Of a stretch of 64,000 nucleotides of DNA, positions 41,286 to 55,819 are shown piece by piece. Below the pieces are notes generated by a model. It worked only from the letters and a program-made list of their open reading frames with translations, ran no database searches and was not told the DNA's origin. The stretch lies in assembly GCF_009914755.1 (NCBI RefSeq), contig NC_060934.1. One strand, written 5' to 3'. Numbering within the stretch: position 1 is the stretch's first letter; the number at the start of each line of letters is the position of its first letter. The position numbers and the translations under genes were made by a program. The DNA comes from the human T2T-CHM13v2.0 reference genome, Homo sapiens.

Positions 41286-42672
41286 TCATTTCAGTTATTC
41301 TTACTGATGCCTCACATATCTGTCTTTGGCTGTTGGATGCTGTTTCAGGATGGTTCCTGTGTCCTTTTGACATGACCTTTATCTCACATCTAGTGGCTTA
41401 ATAGCCTCCTTGTCTTCTAGGATGACAAATTATTGCAGGTCCTATTTTTTTGCTCTATGCCTGGAATCAGTCATTTCTAAAAGGAGTCTGGTTGCTTTGG
41501 GAAATGGTAGAGGCTAAAATCTGGGCATTGGGAATACTCCCTTCTACTGGATTGGTCATTGTTGATAGGACTTTTTAATGAATAGAGCTAGGAGATAAAT
41601 ATAATTTTAGAAAAACAAAACAAAATATGAATTTATATTGAAATTTCAGATTCAAAGATAAAGGGATTTAACTTAATCTTATCAGTCTTACTATGTAGAG
41701 TTCCTTCAACTTCACCAAAAGTCCAGAGACATTGATTTAATTATGCATTTGATTTATACTACAGTTCAAAGACAACAGCTTGCATTATTATTGATTACTG
41801 AAAACGTTTTATGTTTTCTTGCATTTTTCAGCTTTGTTTAAACCTATAGGTTATAACATAGTAGGGATGTACAGTCAAATTACTGTGTTTTTAAATTATT
41901 ACACTCACTTCTGTGTGTAATTACACCAACAGCTCATTTGGTTTTTAAAAAAAATTTTATTGTTTAAGAATTACTGCTTTTTAAATTTATCTATAATTGT
42001 GTGACAGAATTATGTAGAATTTTGAAGTCATTCTACAGAGGATTCTTGTTCATATTCCTGACTCTTCTACCCTACTCACTCTTTCAGATGAAATCTTTTT
42101 TTTTTTTAATTTTATGGTTTATCCTTCCACTTTTAAAATATATAAGCAACTATATATATATAGTATTCCACTTTCTTGGATGAACTGTATGTAGCCTACT
42201 GTCTTTCTTAATGTTTTGTTTGTATGTTTGCTCTTTGCTTTGGTATATCTTTTGATATTTAGGTAGGTTTGTGTTTTTGTTCTAATGGTTCTTTATACTG
42301 ATACCTTATGTAATACCTTTTGGGCTACTATAAATGGGTTAATTCCTATGAGCATTTAGTTAACTAGCACTTCTCCCTACCCTCTTTCTCTTCTGATTTG
42401 AAATACTATTGCTTGACTTGTAGTTAATGCATTTAAGGCAGTAAGTGAGCTTATTTTACTTTTCATGTACATTCACCACTTTCCTCCCATTTTTAAAAAT
42501 AGTTTGTCAGAGCTTTTAGCCATTACGAGCTATACTGTAGACCCTGATAACCATCAGGTAGTCTTAGTTCTACTGGTAAATATATATTTAATTCTCAGCA
42601 CCAGTCCTCATGTTGAGTCCTTTCTAGTTTTTTTGTTTGTTTGTTTTGGTTTCTGAAGCTCATTCTCTAGTA

Positions 42673-42852
42673 CAGGGGTCAGCAACCATGACCCACAAGC
42701 CATATGTGACTGATCTCTCTATGTTTTGTTTATAGCTGCCTTCGTAAACACTGCAGTATCTGGGCTGAGCAGTTGTGACAGGAACCATAGGACCTGTAAA
42801 GCCAAAAGTATTGACTCTCTGGCCCTTCACAGAAAAAGTTTGCTGACCCCTG
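42673..42852 (+). mobile_element. hAT-Charlie MITE (MER58A-like)
   Basis: Perfect 13-bp TIR CAGGGGTCAGCAA / TTGCTGACCCCTG. Confidence 0.8.
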
Positions 42853-44854
42853 CCCTGGAGTTGAGTAGATTCTCAGGCAGTGTTCATGGTATTCCCCAAG
42901 TACTTGCATGTTGCATGTTCTTTTCAGTTTGTTTGCAACCTTTATACTTGAAGGTTCATTTGGACGGATATGAAACCCATGGCTCACCTTTTCTTTCATT
43001 GAGTATATTTAATATTTTACTCCATTGTGTTCTGGCATAAACTATGTCTGTTCAAAGTCATAATAAATGTGTAGTTTCAGGTCATCTTTTGTTTTAGGAA
43101 CTTTTTTTTTCTTGAATTATACCTTTTGGTATTTATTGTATTTTGTTTCCCCTCTGTACCCTTTATATTATCTTGGATCTTCATCTTTTAAAATCTTTTC
43201 TATTTATTACTTTATCTCAAAACTTTTTATCTTTTTATTTTTAAAGCCATCCTCCTTTTTTCCCTAATGCATTAAGCATTGTACTTTTCATTCTGAAATA
43301 ATTTTTTTATTTTTAATTCTTAGTTCTATCACCTCTCATTTCAATTCCTTCTCCAGTCACCTAATTTCTGAGTCTTATGTTTCTTCAGAGCTTCTGTAAT
43401 TTTCTTAATTTACTTCACGCTGTAGAGACATGATTCTACTCCAGTCTGTGTTTCCTTATAATAGTTTTAAGTGGAATTCTTAATACTTCTGTCGCTCATT
43501 TTTCAGTGCAGTAAGTTTCCTGTATGGTGAGAGGAATAGGCCAGGATAGCCTTTTCAGCTTCATAACTCTAGAGCTCCCTCTTGTGTTGTGTTCACAAGG
43601 TGATTTTTCAAAGTATGGTTTCATCCTTTCTGAGATCTTTTCTGCTCCCTTTCTCTTTTATCTGGAACTTTTCTTGTCTTTGCTTCTGTTGCCCTGTTCT
43701 TCTCAGTCTGGAGTCTACTCCTAGGAGTTTTTCTAAAAGAAGTATCAGTTTCAAGAGTTTACATGGCCCAGACTGCTCTAACACCTATTTGCATGGCATT
43801 GTTCTTGTTCTCAGCCTGAGAACAAGATCCTTCAGAGCCTTTCCCAGATGAGGCTGCTATTCTGAGACTAGTATGCCATTGAGGCTTCAGGGGAGGTTGA
43901 AGGGATTCTCCTGTTCCCAGGGCTATCAGAAAAACCCCGTGCCTTCCCTCTGCCTCATCATACACAAATGCTGATACTTTGTGGGCCTCATAACTGTCTG
44001 GTTTGTCACTCTGCTCATATTTTGAGGTTTAAGGGTAATCTTTCTCTTTGTTGTGGATTTTATTTGTGGGTTTTCTTTTTTTTTTTTTTTGGTTATGCTA
44101 GTTGCTCTGTTTTTTTTTTTCTTTAAAAGTAAAGACCTGTCAAAGAATTAACTTATTAATGAGTTAACCAACATTATAGAAAAGCTGATCAAAGGACTAG
44201 GAAACACTGACATACACTAGTCACTGAAGGAAAGAATGGTGGACTGAGATTACCAAATTATATATAAAATATTAATATCCTCATCTGCATCTCTACCTAC
44301 AAAATTTATTTGCATTGCTGTGAGTTTTCTACAGAGTTAACTTTTACTTTTTCAGAGCTATAGAAAAGCCTGCTCAGTACAAATAGTGAATCAAACAAAA
44401 GGCTTGAAGTTCTGATGATCCCAGTAGCATTAAGCTGTATTTATACTTTGAAAATAATGATTGGCTAAAACAGAGATACTCAACCCTGGCTGCAGATCAG
44501 AGTCACCTGAGGGTGGCTTGTGTAGCAGGAGAAGTGTGCTACGGGACTTATTCCAGACCAATTCCATATATGAATGGAGGAATAGGGGAGGAAATGAGGA
44601 TAAGTGACATTGGGACCTAGGAACATTTGATTTTTCTTTTTATTTTTTAAAGATACCAGGTGATTCTCATGTATAGCTAGAGTTAAAAACTAGAATGTGA
44701 CATTCTTAAAGTTATTCCTCCCTCCCCCTGATTTTTGCTTGGACTTACATCTAAATACAACAGTTTTTATGTAATAAGCTAAACATAATCTGTTAGTACA
44801 ATTATTTGATGCCTGTTGCTAGGAGCCATTCTACTTTATATGCCTCCGTGCCTG

Positions 44855-44893
<39 letters not shown>

Positions 44894-44918
44894 CAGATAG
44901 ATAGATAGATAGATAGAT
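44855..44918. repeat. (AGAT)9 AGAC (AGAT)6 tetranucleotide STR
   Basis: Direct reading. Confidence 0.95.
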
Positions 44919-45518
44919 AAAATAGATACTCCGTAAATATTGAATTAATGAATGAAATATTAATAATACAGGTCAAATGAATGACATAAGACCTTGGACT
45001 TACATAAGCATATAACATGATCATTGTATTACGTATTTGGACTTTGGATATCTTATATGAAGAATTTAATTCTGATGTCAATTGAATTTTCATGTTATGG
45101 ATCATTAGCTATTTTGTCTTGAAGCTGTGATTGTTTATCAAATTTTTCTCTAGGTAAAATTTCAGCCTTGTCTTACTAGGCTGACTTACTTCTGTATTAT
45201 ATATACAATTATTCATTTTTAAAAGAACACAGTATTAGTTTTCCAAATGTGTTTCTCAGCTGTGTATGTTAGCAACTACAATCTTTCCTTTTTATTTTGA
45301 TAGGAAGAGTCAAAAGTGACTGTTGACTTTGTTAATGTGAAATAACACTGGCATGAGTATACTGAGCATATTTTTGTGACTTAATTTCTTTAACTCTGAT
45401 AGTTAGTGATTATAACACAAACTAGAACACTTCTAAAGAAATGTTTTAAAGTATGTTCTTTTTCTGAAACTTCAAATTTAGGATCTCAGTTTTCCGTTTT
45501 CCTAGAAGTTAAAAGGAG

Positions 45519-45560
45519 GTGTGTGTGTGTGTGTGTGTGTTGTGTGTGTGTGTGTGTGTG

Positions 45561-45614
<54 letters not shown>

Positions 45615-45622
45615 TTTTTTTT
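45519..45622. repeat. Compound (GT)n-(TA)n-(T)n microsatellite
   Basis: Direct reading; contiguous with the Alu tail. Confidence 0.95.
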
Positions 45623-45885
45623 AATGTGGAGTTTTGCTCTTGTTGCCCAGGCTGGAGTGCAATGGCTCAATCTCGGTTCACTGCTCACTGCAGCCTCTGC
45701 CTCCCAGGTTCAAGTGATTTTCCTGCCTCAGCCTCCCAAGTAGCCGGGTTAATTTTGTGTTTTTAGTAGACAGGGTTTCACTCTGGTGGTCAGAGTGGTA
45801 TCGAACTCCTGACCTCACGTGATCCACCTGCCTCGGCCTCCCAAAGTGCTGAGATAACAGGTGCGAGCCACTGCGCCCAGCCTGG
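45597..45885 (-). mobile_element. Alu with internal deletion; tail abuts a compound microsatellite
   Basis: Antisense Alu lacking part of the right monomer near the linker. Confidence 0.88.
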
Positions 45886-47029
45886 GGGTTATATTTTGAG
45901 TATTGGTATACTCTGCCATTTTTAGATTAAACATAATAATAAGTGTTTTAGTCCTAATAAATAACATATAAATGATAAATAATTTTAAAAGCATTGTGAT
46001 TGTTTATAATTATAATAATGTCTTGGCAGTTTCTGATTTAACATTCCAAATACCACTTTTGAGAAACAACCTCTTAGAACCATGACAGGTAATTTGATCA
46101 TGTTGCAAAGCACAGATTTGAATAGTGTGAAGCTAGCTGGCATGTGAAACCTAGTGACTTACCTAGCTTACTGTTGCCCTCCACCTGCACTTTGATTTAG
46201 CTATGATTTCTACTGGTTGCCTTATAAGATAATAAAACATTGTTTTGCTGTGACAGAGGTCCAAAAAAGAAAGCCAACTGCTGGTTCAGGTGTTGATATA
46301 AGAAAATGGTGTTCTTGGCCAAAAATAAAAGTTAAATACAAAACAATTATTGCTGATTAGTGCTCTGAGAAGCCATTGAGCAATACAGAGCTACTTATCT
46401 TTAAGCTTAATCATTCCTAGACTGCAATGTATTTAAATACTTATGTCTCCTTTTTAATATATGAATACATTGTTCTGGCAAAAAATTGAAACCGTTTTTT
46501 TAAAGACCTCTTTTACTGCCTTCAGCCTCTGAAGTATCCAGTTATTATTTGATGTTTGTCCAGATTGTTTTCTTTTTATTTATCTATTTTCATACAGTAT
46601 GTGTAATGACTACAGATATATGATTATCCTGTATATATGCTATAGCTTGCTTTTTTTAATTTATGTTTTATTGGTACATATAAAGCAGGCTCCCTAATTC
46701 TTCTTGGTTGCTGTATTGTATTCCATAGTGTGTTAAAGTACCAGAATCTATTTAACCAGTCTTTTAAGAATGGCTATTTTTGTATATTTCTAATTTTTTT
46801 CATATTAAAAACAGTGCTGTACTTTACCTTCTGGTGCACAAGGAGGGACCATGTTTGTGTCTCTATTATAGATGTTTAGAAGTGGGTTGCAAGTTTTAGT
46901 TTTGTTAATATTGTCTATTTGCCTTCCAAAATGTTTGCCAAATTGATACTTTTCTATCGGTTTATGATAATATTCATAACCGAGTACCCTTTTCAACTCT
47001 GTATTTTCCCTAGTATTTTTTTTTTTTAA

Positions 47030-48150
47030 CCAACTATTGGGATAGATAACCTGACAGGAAATCAATAAGGAAGTAGAAGACTTAAACAGCACTCAGACCA
47101 AATGGACCTAACAGACATACAGAGCCCTTCACCCAACAACAGTAGATTATACATTTTTCTCAAGTGCATGTAGAACATTCCAGGATAGTCGGTATGTCAG
47201 GCTGCAAAACAAGTCTTAATACATTTATAAAGACTGAAATCATACAGACTAATTTTTTTAACACAGAGAGTGAAACTAAAAAGCAGTAACAAAAGGAAAT
47301 CTAAAAAATTTATAAGTATGTGGAAATTAAACAACACATTATTAAACAATCAATGAGTCAAAACAAATCACAAAGGAAATTAGAAAATACCTTCAAATGG
47401 AAATGAAAACACAACATGCTAAAACTTATGGAATGCAACAAAAGCATTGCTGAGAGAGAAACTTACAGGTGTAAACACTTTACATTAGAAAGTAAGAAAT
47501 ATCTCAAATCAGTACCCCAACTTTATTCCTTAAGGAGGTAATAAAAAGAAAAGCAGTCTTAACCCAAAGCTGGCAAATGGAAGGAAATTCATTAAGAACG
47601 GTGGAGATAAATAAAATATAGAATCAAAAAACAATAGAGTAAAACCAAAATTTGGTTCTTTGGAAAGATTAACAAAATTAACAAACCTTTAGGTAGACTA
47701 AGAAAAAAAGAGAGAAGACTCAAATTAGTAAAATGAGAAATGAAAGTGGGGCTATTACTACCATATTGTACGGAAATAAAAAGGGTAATATTAATAAAAG
47801 TACTGTGAATAATTGTATGCCAACAAATGGATAATCTAGATGAAATGGACAAATTCCTAGAAACACACAATCTACCAAGACTGAATCATGGAGAGAAAAT
47901 CTGACTAAACCTATAACTAGTAAAAAGATTGACTCTGTAATCAAAAACCTCTCAACAAAGAAAAGCTCTGAATAAGATGGCTTTACTGGTAAATTCTACC
48001 AAACATTTAGAAAAGAATTAACATTAATCCTTCTCATACTCTTTCAGAAAATCAAAGAAAATAGAATACTTTCTAAGCCATTCTAAGAGATCAGTATTAT
48101 CCTGATAACTAAAGCCAACACTACAAGAAAAGAAAACTATAGACCAACAC
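47030..48150 (+). mobile_element. L1 ORF2 fragment (endonuclease C-terminal region onward)
   Basis: ATGGACCTAACAGACATACAGA..., GATGAAATGGACAAATTCCTAGAAACACAC, TTCTACCAAACATTTA. Confidence 0.85.
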
Positions 48151-50275
48151 CATTTCTCAGCTGCTGGCAGGTTAGGCATTCACCAGTGGCAGTGACTAAA
48201 CCAGCCTTGGTAAAAGAGCGCCCCTGCTGCTGGAGCACACTGAACCTTCATGCCTGCCATCATGGCTCCTGTGCTCATGGGTCTATTGCACCAGCACTGG
48301 AATCCACAACGTAAATCACTAGCACCTTAGAGTCTTCAGTAAGCATTAACATGAGAGACAAGGCTCCTTCCACTTTGTGGCCATTCTCATAGGCCCATCC
48401 ATATGCCTCTTCTCCAAAATTGATTTCTACCTTTTCAATCTTGGTTCCTTCCAAGCTCCTGACCAATCAGCCAACCCATTTGCCACTGCTCAGGAGCCTG
48501 TGTATATCTGTATGTCATGCCATTTCTCCCTTCACACAGAGTGAACAACCAAGTGCATTACTGACACTGGAGTGTTCTCCTTTGCCGCTCTCTTTAGGAT
48601 TACCCCTGAATGGGATGCAGTGCAATAGTGGTCCATTTTCTGCTCATACCAACATATGAAGCTAATTCATGTGTGAATGAGGGCCAAATTTTTCTCTTAG
48701 TGGTTTTAGAGACCTACTCCACCCCTAGATGAAGAGTTGAAAGAGAAGTACCAGTGTAATGTACTAGGTTACATGGCAGTCTGGGCCATCTGTTCATGTT
48801 ATATACTGATGCCCTTTGGTCTTCCTTAAGCCAATCACAAATGGACCATTTCCTTTGTATAACAGATGGCTGCTGTACCTCCCAACCTTCTGACTCAGTT
48901 GATGTGACCCTGTTTGTTTTGGGCACCTCTGATCGCACAGTTAAATGATGTCCCATAGCCAGGGCCTCACTCTAACTAGGTCTGCCCCACACCTGGGGCT
49001 GCTTTTCAAACCGGAGTCATTTTCTGCTGTGGAAAGCAGAGCTTTGCTCTGGAACCCTAAGGCTCTGCATTGCAGTTCTCTTCCTGGCCTTGCCAGAGCA
49101 TCACACAGCATCTTTGTCTACCATAAATACCCAACCTTGATGTGATATACCAGGTCACATGGCCTGAACAGCAGGGCAGTTTGCACCACAGCCTGGAGGA
49201 CCTGCTACAGAGACCTCTGTTGCTCTGGGACCTACTCAAAACTATCACAGCAACATTCCCAAATATAGCAGATACTGCCTCCAAAAGATGAAGAGTCCTG
49301 CTAGCACTGTGCCTAGAAGATGCAAGGTGCAACACCTGTCCTTTCCTGTAGCGGGGAGATCCCAGAAAGCCTCAGGCCGTTGGATCTATTAAAACTTTTC
49401 CAACATGGCAACCTCTGAATTTTTGTGGCATGCGTTTGATTTACTGGGATATCCAAAATACTTTCCACTTCCTATTCACCAGGTCTTTTTGGTATAATGT
49501 TATTAATACAGTGGGCCTGTATGATGTTCTGTGAAATATCCGGTCCTTGCCGACTTTGTGACAGAAAACAAAGTGAACAGCTTCAGGACGTGAGCAATCA
49601 CAGGCTGCTGTCCTTCCCACCTAAAAGCAAACTACTTTTGACCCTTCTTACTAATGAGGATTGAAAAGAACACATAGGCCAGATCAGTAACCACAACCAT
49701 AACCATGTAACAAATGCTAGATGATTTGTTGGTCTGCTCCAGTAGACTCTACATCTTGCACAACAGTTGAGGTTGGAACTACCACTTAAGTTTACAGTGG
49801 TCCACTGTCATTTACCACAGTCCACCTCATTATTGTAAGAGGCACTCAGATAAACAGAATGAGGATCTAGTGGAGACTATCACTTGTGCAGTCCGTAACT
49901 CTGATGGCTGATCTCTGCATTTTCTCCTGGTGTGCAATACTGCTTCTGACTTACCATCTTGGCCCAGGTGTAAGGGGTGAAATTTCAGGGACTCCCACTT
50001 AGCTATTCCCACCATGGTGCTGAGAACATTATGAAAGTTCTGTCAGCTGCTTTTTCAAATCTTTTAAAGCAATTAGCCAAAGCCAGTAAACACTACAATC
50101 ATTACAATTACCACTGCCCCTCTCTTGTTCATTTGCCACCACTACTATGTAAGGCATTGCCTCACTACTCTGTGTCTCATCCCTATTCATACCTGTAGTC
50201 CTTATCACCATTTTACTAGTGAGTGAGTCTGTTTCAGAGTCCCATCCTGTGTTTCTGATCTCTAGGACCAATCTC
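48150..50275 (-). mobile_element. ERVL-class internal fragment (degenerate gag/pol)
   Basis: Minus-strand CAC TGT ATT AAT AAC ATT (HCINNI, a decayed HYIDDI-like RT motif) near 49500; directly abuts an LTR16-like element. Confidence 0.6.
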
Positions 50276-50765
50276 AGTGTCCATATTTTAGCCTGGGTTC
50301 TCCCTCCAGAAATCAGAGCCTAAAACGAGGACTCATTGACAGGTGTCTTTCTTGAGGTATGATCCCAGGGAACAAGCTGGAGAAGTGAAAGAGAGGAGGC
50401 CCGTGCAGTGTCTAATTAAGCTGTCACTACTGTGGGCAGTGGGGTAGATCTCTCTGGAACCCTCTGAAGAGCTGTGTAAAACACACCACAGACTTCTCCT
50501 CTCAACGGACTGAAGAGGGGAGCTTTTATCCTGCAGCTTCTGTGCTCCGTTAGTCAACAAGTGGCCTTTCGGGTGTCCATCCCACACACCCGTGGCTACA
50601 CATGTGCATGTGCCACACAGCAGCATCCAAGAAGCCCAGGGTGGAAGGCAAGAGATACACAGTGCAGCTGAGGCAAGGGACTGTGGGGTCACTCCTGTGG
50701 GGAGCCAGTTGCTATGGCAATGTCAAATTGGGCTGAGAAAACAGGAGGCTGGGCACAAGACACAA
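50276..50765 (-). mobile_element. ERVL LTR (LTR16-like)
   Basis: CTGGGTTCTCCC..CAGAAATCAGAGCC...GAGGTATGATCCCAGGGA pattern. Confidence 0.55.
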
Positions 50766-51960
50766 TATCCTTTTGTCTTTAGTTTGGGGCCTTAAGCTGA
50801 AGTTCAGGGAAAAATGGGAGGAATCCCATTCAACAGCTTGTTACAGAAGACTAAGTGGTCTTACGTTATACTGGAAGTTATTCGTTACCTGAGATAAAAA
50901 GTCACCACTAACAGTGCTGATACCCCATTTGATTGGCTATTTGTGTTGTCATCGCACAAAAGAACCATTGTTTTGACAATACCAAACTTATTAGCCTATG
51001 AGACTATTTTATTTAAAGTGTGTCTAATAATACTTAATTGGTCTAAACTGATGTTTTTTCCCCAAACCAAATTCTTAGTACTAAACTTGGAGACTCAAAT
51101 CACATATAACTTCATTACTAATTTCTTTCGTACTTATCCAGTTCAAATGTAACTCTTTTTGTTTTTAAGTTATTACTAGATATTTTGGAACTATGGTTTT
51201 TCAAAAGTTCCACTTTTCAATTAATACTTCCTTTTTAGTAAGATTTAAAATTTTATTTTTAACTAACCTATTTTTAGTGAGATACAGAGTATATGCTTGT
51301 AATCTTGAATTCTAGAGTTTTAAAATGGAATGTAGTTTTCTTATATTTAGAAAAAGTTCTTAAAATATTTCTTGTGAATTGTGGAATCTTTTTCATATAC
51401 TTGTATCATTTTAAAATATATGTTTAATTTAGTAATATAAGACATGAAGGCTGTACAAAGACTGAAAATACAGATTTTACTGGTCATATTTTTCCACAAA
51501 TTAAGAGATTGTTTATGTAGTCATCTATGTAATGTCGTTACAAATATAATTACAAAGTTGAAAAACAGGTTGACAATTGCATTTCACAATATCTCGTGTA
51601 GAGGGCAGCAGAGAGCTTAGATTTTGTTTTCTCTTTGCCTGTAGTATGGCTTCCCTAGTCTAATTTCCAATTGCTTGTTATTGTTCCAGGTAAAAGTAGA
51701 TAATAATGCCTAGACCAAAAAAAGTAATGATTATTCCTAAGCTCTAATTTATTTCTAAATTCCAAGCAGTTTTTCACTTGAAAGGGGAGAACAAGTAACC
51801 TAACACTCCTTTTCTATACATAAGAGAAACATCTTTCTCTTTACCTTTACATAACTCAGTTACGTTTATAAATTCTAGATGTTCTATAGAAAGAAAAGAC
51901 GCTAACCAATCTGTGCCTCAGTTACGCCGTTTGTAGAAAGTTATACAAATAGTTGCTGTT

Positions 51961-52282
<322 letters not shown>

Positions 52283-53749
52283 CTATTTTATTATCTTTTT
52301 ACCTACCCCATGTCTTGTTATAAAAAGGCTATAAGGCAGCTAATCTCTCAACCGTTTTTATGGTTTCCTCCTCTATAAAAGTATTGGCAATTTAGTGAAT
52401 ACTGCTAGCCTGGGACTCAGGAGACTTTGGTTTTAAACTTAGGTCTACTGTTAACTTAGGTCACTAACATATACTGAGCACCTAGTGTGTCTCAGAACAT
52501 GTGCTAAAGGTTTTATATGGGTTATCTTCATCTGGACAGTGTCACAACAGCTGAGCAGAACAGAGTCATCAGGTCTGTTAAGCCACTGATTAACAAGGTA
52601 CCTTTGGACAAGTTTCTTAAACTTGGTCAGTCCTAGTTTCCTCCTTCTCTAAAACTGAGATAATAAGTACTTCATAGAGTTGATTAAGATAACATGTATA
52701 AAGCTCTAGCACAAAGTAATTGAGATAATAAGTACTTCATAGAGTTGATTAAATAACATATAGAACTCTAGCACAAAGTAAGACCTTAAATTTTTCTTCT
52801 ATTTTTCACCACCACCCATTAAGTTTCCTTATGAGAAAACTGAAGAGGATGGGTGAATGATCTCAGAGGGCCTGTTTAGTCCTCTGGTTTTATGCAGCAT
52901 TGTGACAAGACTCAAGATTCTTGAGTCCAGTTGAACTTCCGCATGTTCATCATTCCTTTTTTAGATGCTGTCTACATTTAGACCCCAAACCTGCACATTC
53001 AAAATGAAACTAAGATTTTAGTGTTGGTGAGCTGGGGCTTTTGTGAACATGGCTGTCATCAGTATACCCTATTTGTTTTCTATTTCTGTTTTTACATATA
53101 AAGACTTCTACCTTTACCTCTTGGGTCCCCAGCTGAAGGAGAGAATGAAAGATACCCCTTCTCATTATCTTGGCTCATTTCTGTTGGAACTAAGTGGAAA
53201 AACAGTTTCAAGAAAGACATCGGGTAAGAATCCCAGGAGAACTCCTAGCTGCTTCTTTCCTAACTCCCACTGCACATAATCCTTTATTCCCTTAGAAACT
53301 ATGTGGCCGTAAAGTATTGGCCTTACTTACGCCATATTTTAACTGATGAAGCTAACTGAACCAGACTGCTGGGGTCTAGCCTAGGCTGTTCATATTAGCT
53401 CTGAGAATGTAGGTAGATCACTGTTCTTAAAATTAAGAGTAAAATTAGGAGTCCACAATCGCTCAGGTGCTTCTACTTTCATGCTATATGGAAATATCTT
53501 CTACAGTCATCCACTCTTAAGGCCAACCACATCACACATACTGCCCAGGACAGACTGGACAATAGAGTAGATGATGAAACAGAGCCAATCTCCATTACTT
53601 TAAAAAATAAACTCAAAGCAGAAAGATGAATTATTACCACATCTCGTGTATAAAACACACATAGCTACAGAAGGGCAGTGGTGGTCCTTCCTGCAAGAAG
53701 TAGCAACTCTCCTGCAAACCTTAGGCAATTACTTTTTATAGATTATTTG

Positions 53750-54400
53750 TCTTTATAAATAGTCTGCACCCACTATTCTTCTGTATTCACTCTTCAGCCC
53801 CTGTAATTTGCCTCTGTCTTTACTCCACTGAAATAGCACACTTGAGATCCTCATTAAACTTGTAATCACTAAATCCGTGGCTTTTTTCATACCCTCCTTA
53901 ACCTCTTTGCTGTAATTAACATTTTTTTCTTCCCTTGGCTTTTGCTTTGTTTCTTTCCTTCTAACTATTCCTTTTGCAGAATTTTCCTTCCCTTGGCTTT
54001 CCTCCAAAGTTAGATCCTTGGACCATGTTCTTTTTGTCCAAATTTTCTCTCCCAGTCATCTCATTCACTCCCATAGCTTCGATTTTTATCTCTGTATCTG
54101 ACTCTCCAGTCTAAATCTAGCCTCCAGCCTCTTTCAGGTTTTTGTCCAACATTTCCAACTACCAGCAGAATATTTTCATTTGCATGTTCTTCCACCGCCT
54201 CACACTCAGTATATCTAAAATGTAACTTAGAATTTTCTTTCAAAGCTTGTTCCTTCTTATTTCTTGATTTGCACTAACAGTTACCCCTCCTATTTAAAGA
54301 ATTGTAGGCGTCTGTGACTTCTTGCTTATATCCTTTTCCTTCTTCCCTACTGGTCCTACTTTAGGCAAAGTTCTTGTTGCCCGACTGTGATTTTTGCATG
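53750..54400 (-). mobile_element. L2-like fragment
   Basis: Pyrimidine-rich CTCATTCACTCCCATAGCTTC...TCTAGCCTC pattern; boundaries approximate. Confidence 0.45.
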
Positions 54401-55819
54401 ATGTTTTCAGTCATCTTTCAACCATCTTAAACACCAGTCACATATATCTTATTACAACATAGCTCTCATTATCTCTCTCACCTATTGAGTACATCCATCT
54501 GTTCCATCTTTACGCACAGCCCGTGACCTCAGTGTGGGCTCACTCCCTTGTCCTCCTTGAAATTTTCTCTTGTTCAAATCTATGAAAAATATTACATTCA
54601 AGGCCGCACAGACATAACATCTTAAACCTCTTCCTGGCATTGTTCCCAGCCGTGTCTTAGCTTAGAAAACTACCTGAAGTGGTTTCTCTTCCAGAACTCC
54701 TGTAGCACTTATTAGCTACACACCTTAGTTTTGAATTTGCAAAAGCTATCTTCTGTTATCTCTTCATGTGGCCTACCTTTACACAATGGTCTCTTTAGCA
54801 GATATGAAGCCTATTTTTTTTTATTACCCAAGTATCTAGAATAGTGACTTTTATATAATAGATTTCTCTGATTCTATAAATCCTCAGACTAGAAATATTT
54901 TTCCAACATACTACCATCATATTATAGTAGTTTATAGTGTAAAATTTTACCATTCCAAATAGAATAACGAATTTTGTGTTTAAAAGGAAATCTGCTTCAC
55001 AGCAGGCCTGCCAAGCCAACAAAAGTAGTGTTGTTCCATAGAGGAAAAGACTTAGGCTAGAAATTTGGAGACTGTCACTGGTCACTGTCATTATTGTCAC
55101 TTCACCTCTGTTAGCCTCATTTCTTCACCTGTAAAATGCAAGACTTTTTAAGCAGTCTTTTGACCCTGTTCGAGCTATATCAAGATCAGTTAATTCAGTC
55201 TAGAGAAGGACCCTGTTATATTATACACTTATATATAATATATACACAATTACATACTATGTATACAATATAGAGAACAGAAATCACCTTTGTTATAAAA
55301 TATCTAGTACACAGATAATCAAGTTTTTAAAAAGATCCAGAAAAAATATCTACCTCTAAGAAATACTGAATTTTGAAATCTGAAGTAGCCCAGTTTACCC
55401 GTAACCTCATGGGAGATTTTCTTCTGGAAGAGAGGTAACAGAAGTGCACCTGCTGTATTTACCCTGCTAGTCTTAAGAAAAAGTGGGAACTATTTAAAGA
55501 CTTAGATAATCTATTTTATAATTGTGAATATGCTTGCACTTCTGTAAAATAAAAGCAGGTTTCCTGGAAAATTAGGCTTTTCTTCATTATATATGTTGAT
55601 TCAGCCCTATCGAATAAGAATTTCTATTTCCTTATTTGAGTTGTCAAGTTGTCCATACTGAACTTATTCCCATGCAATAGGGTTTTATGGGAAAAGTCTG
55701 CCTGTCTGTGACTAAGCACCAGAGTAGATAACGTAACAATTTGTTTTACTTCGGGAATGCATTTTAAATCAGGAAGAGAAGTTTCTGTCCTACTTGAACC
55801 CAGCTTCACTCTCCTCCTG

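Noticed and set aside
45519-45766. ORFs with CVCVCV/YIYIYI/FFFF runs
   Set aside because: Translations of a microsatellite and Alu tail.
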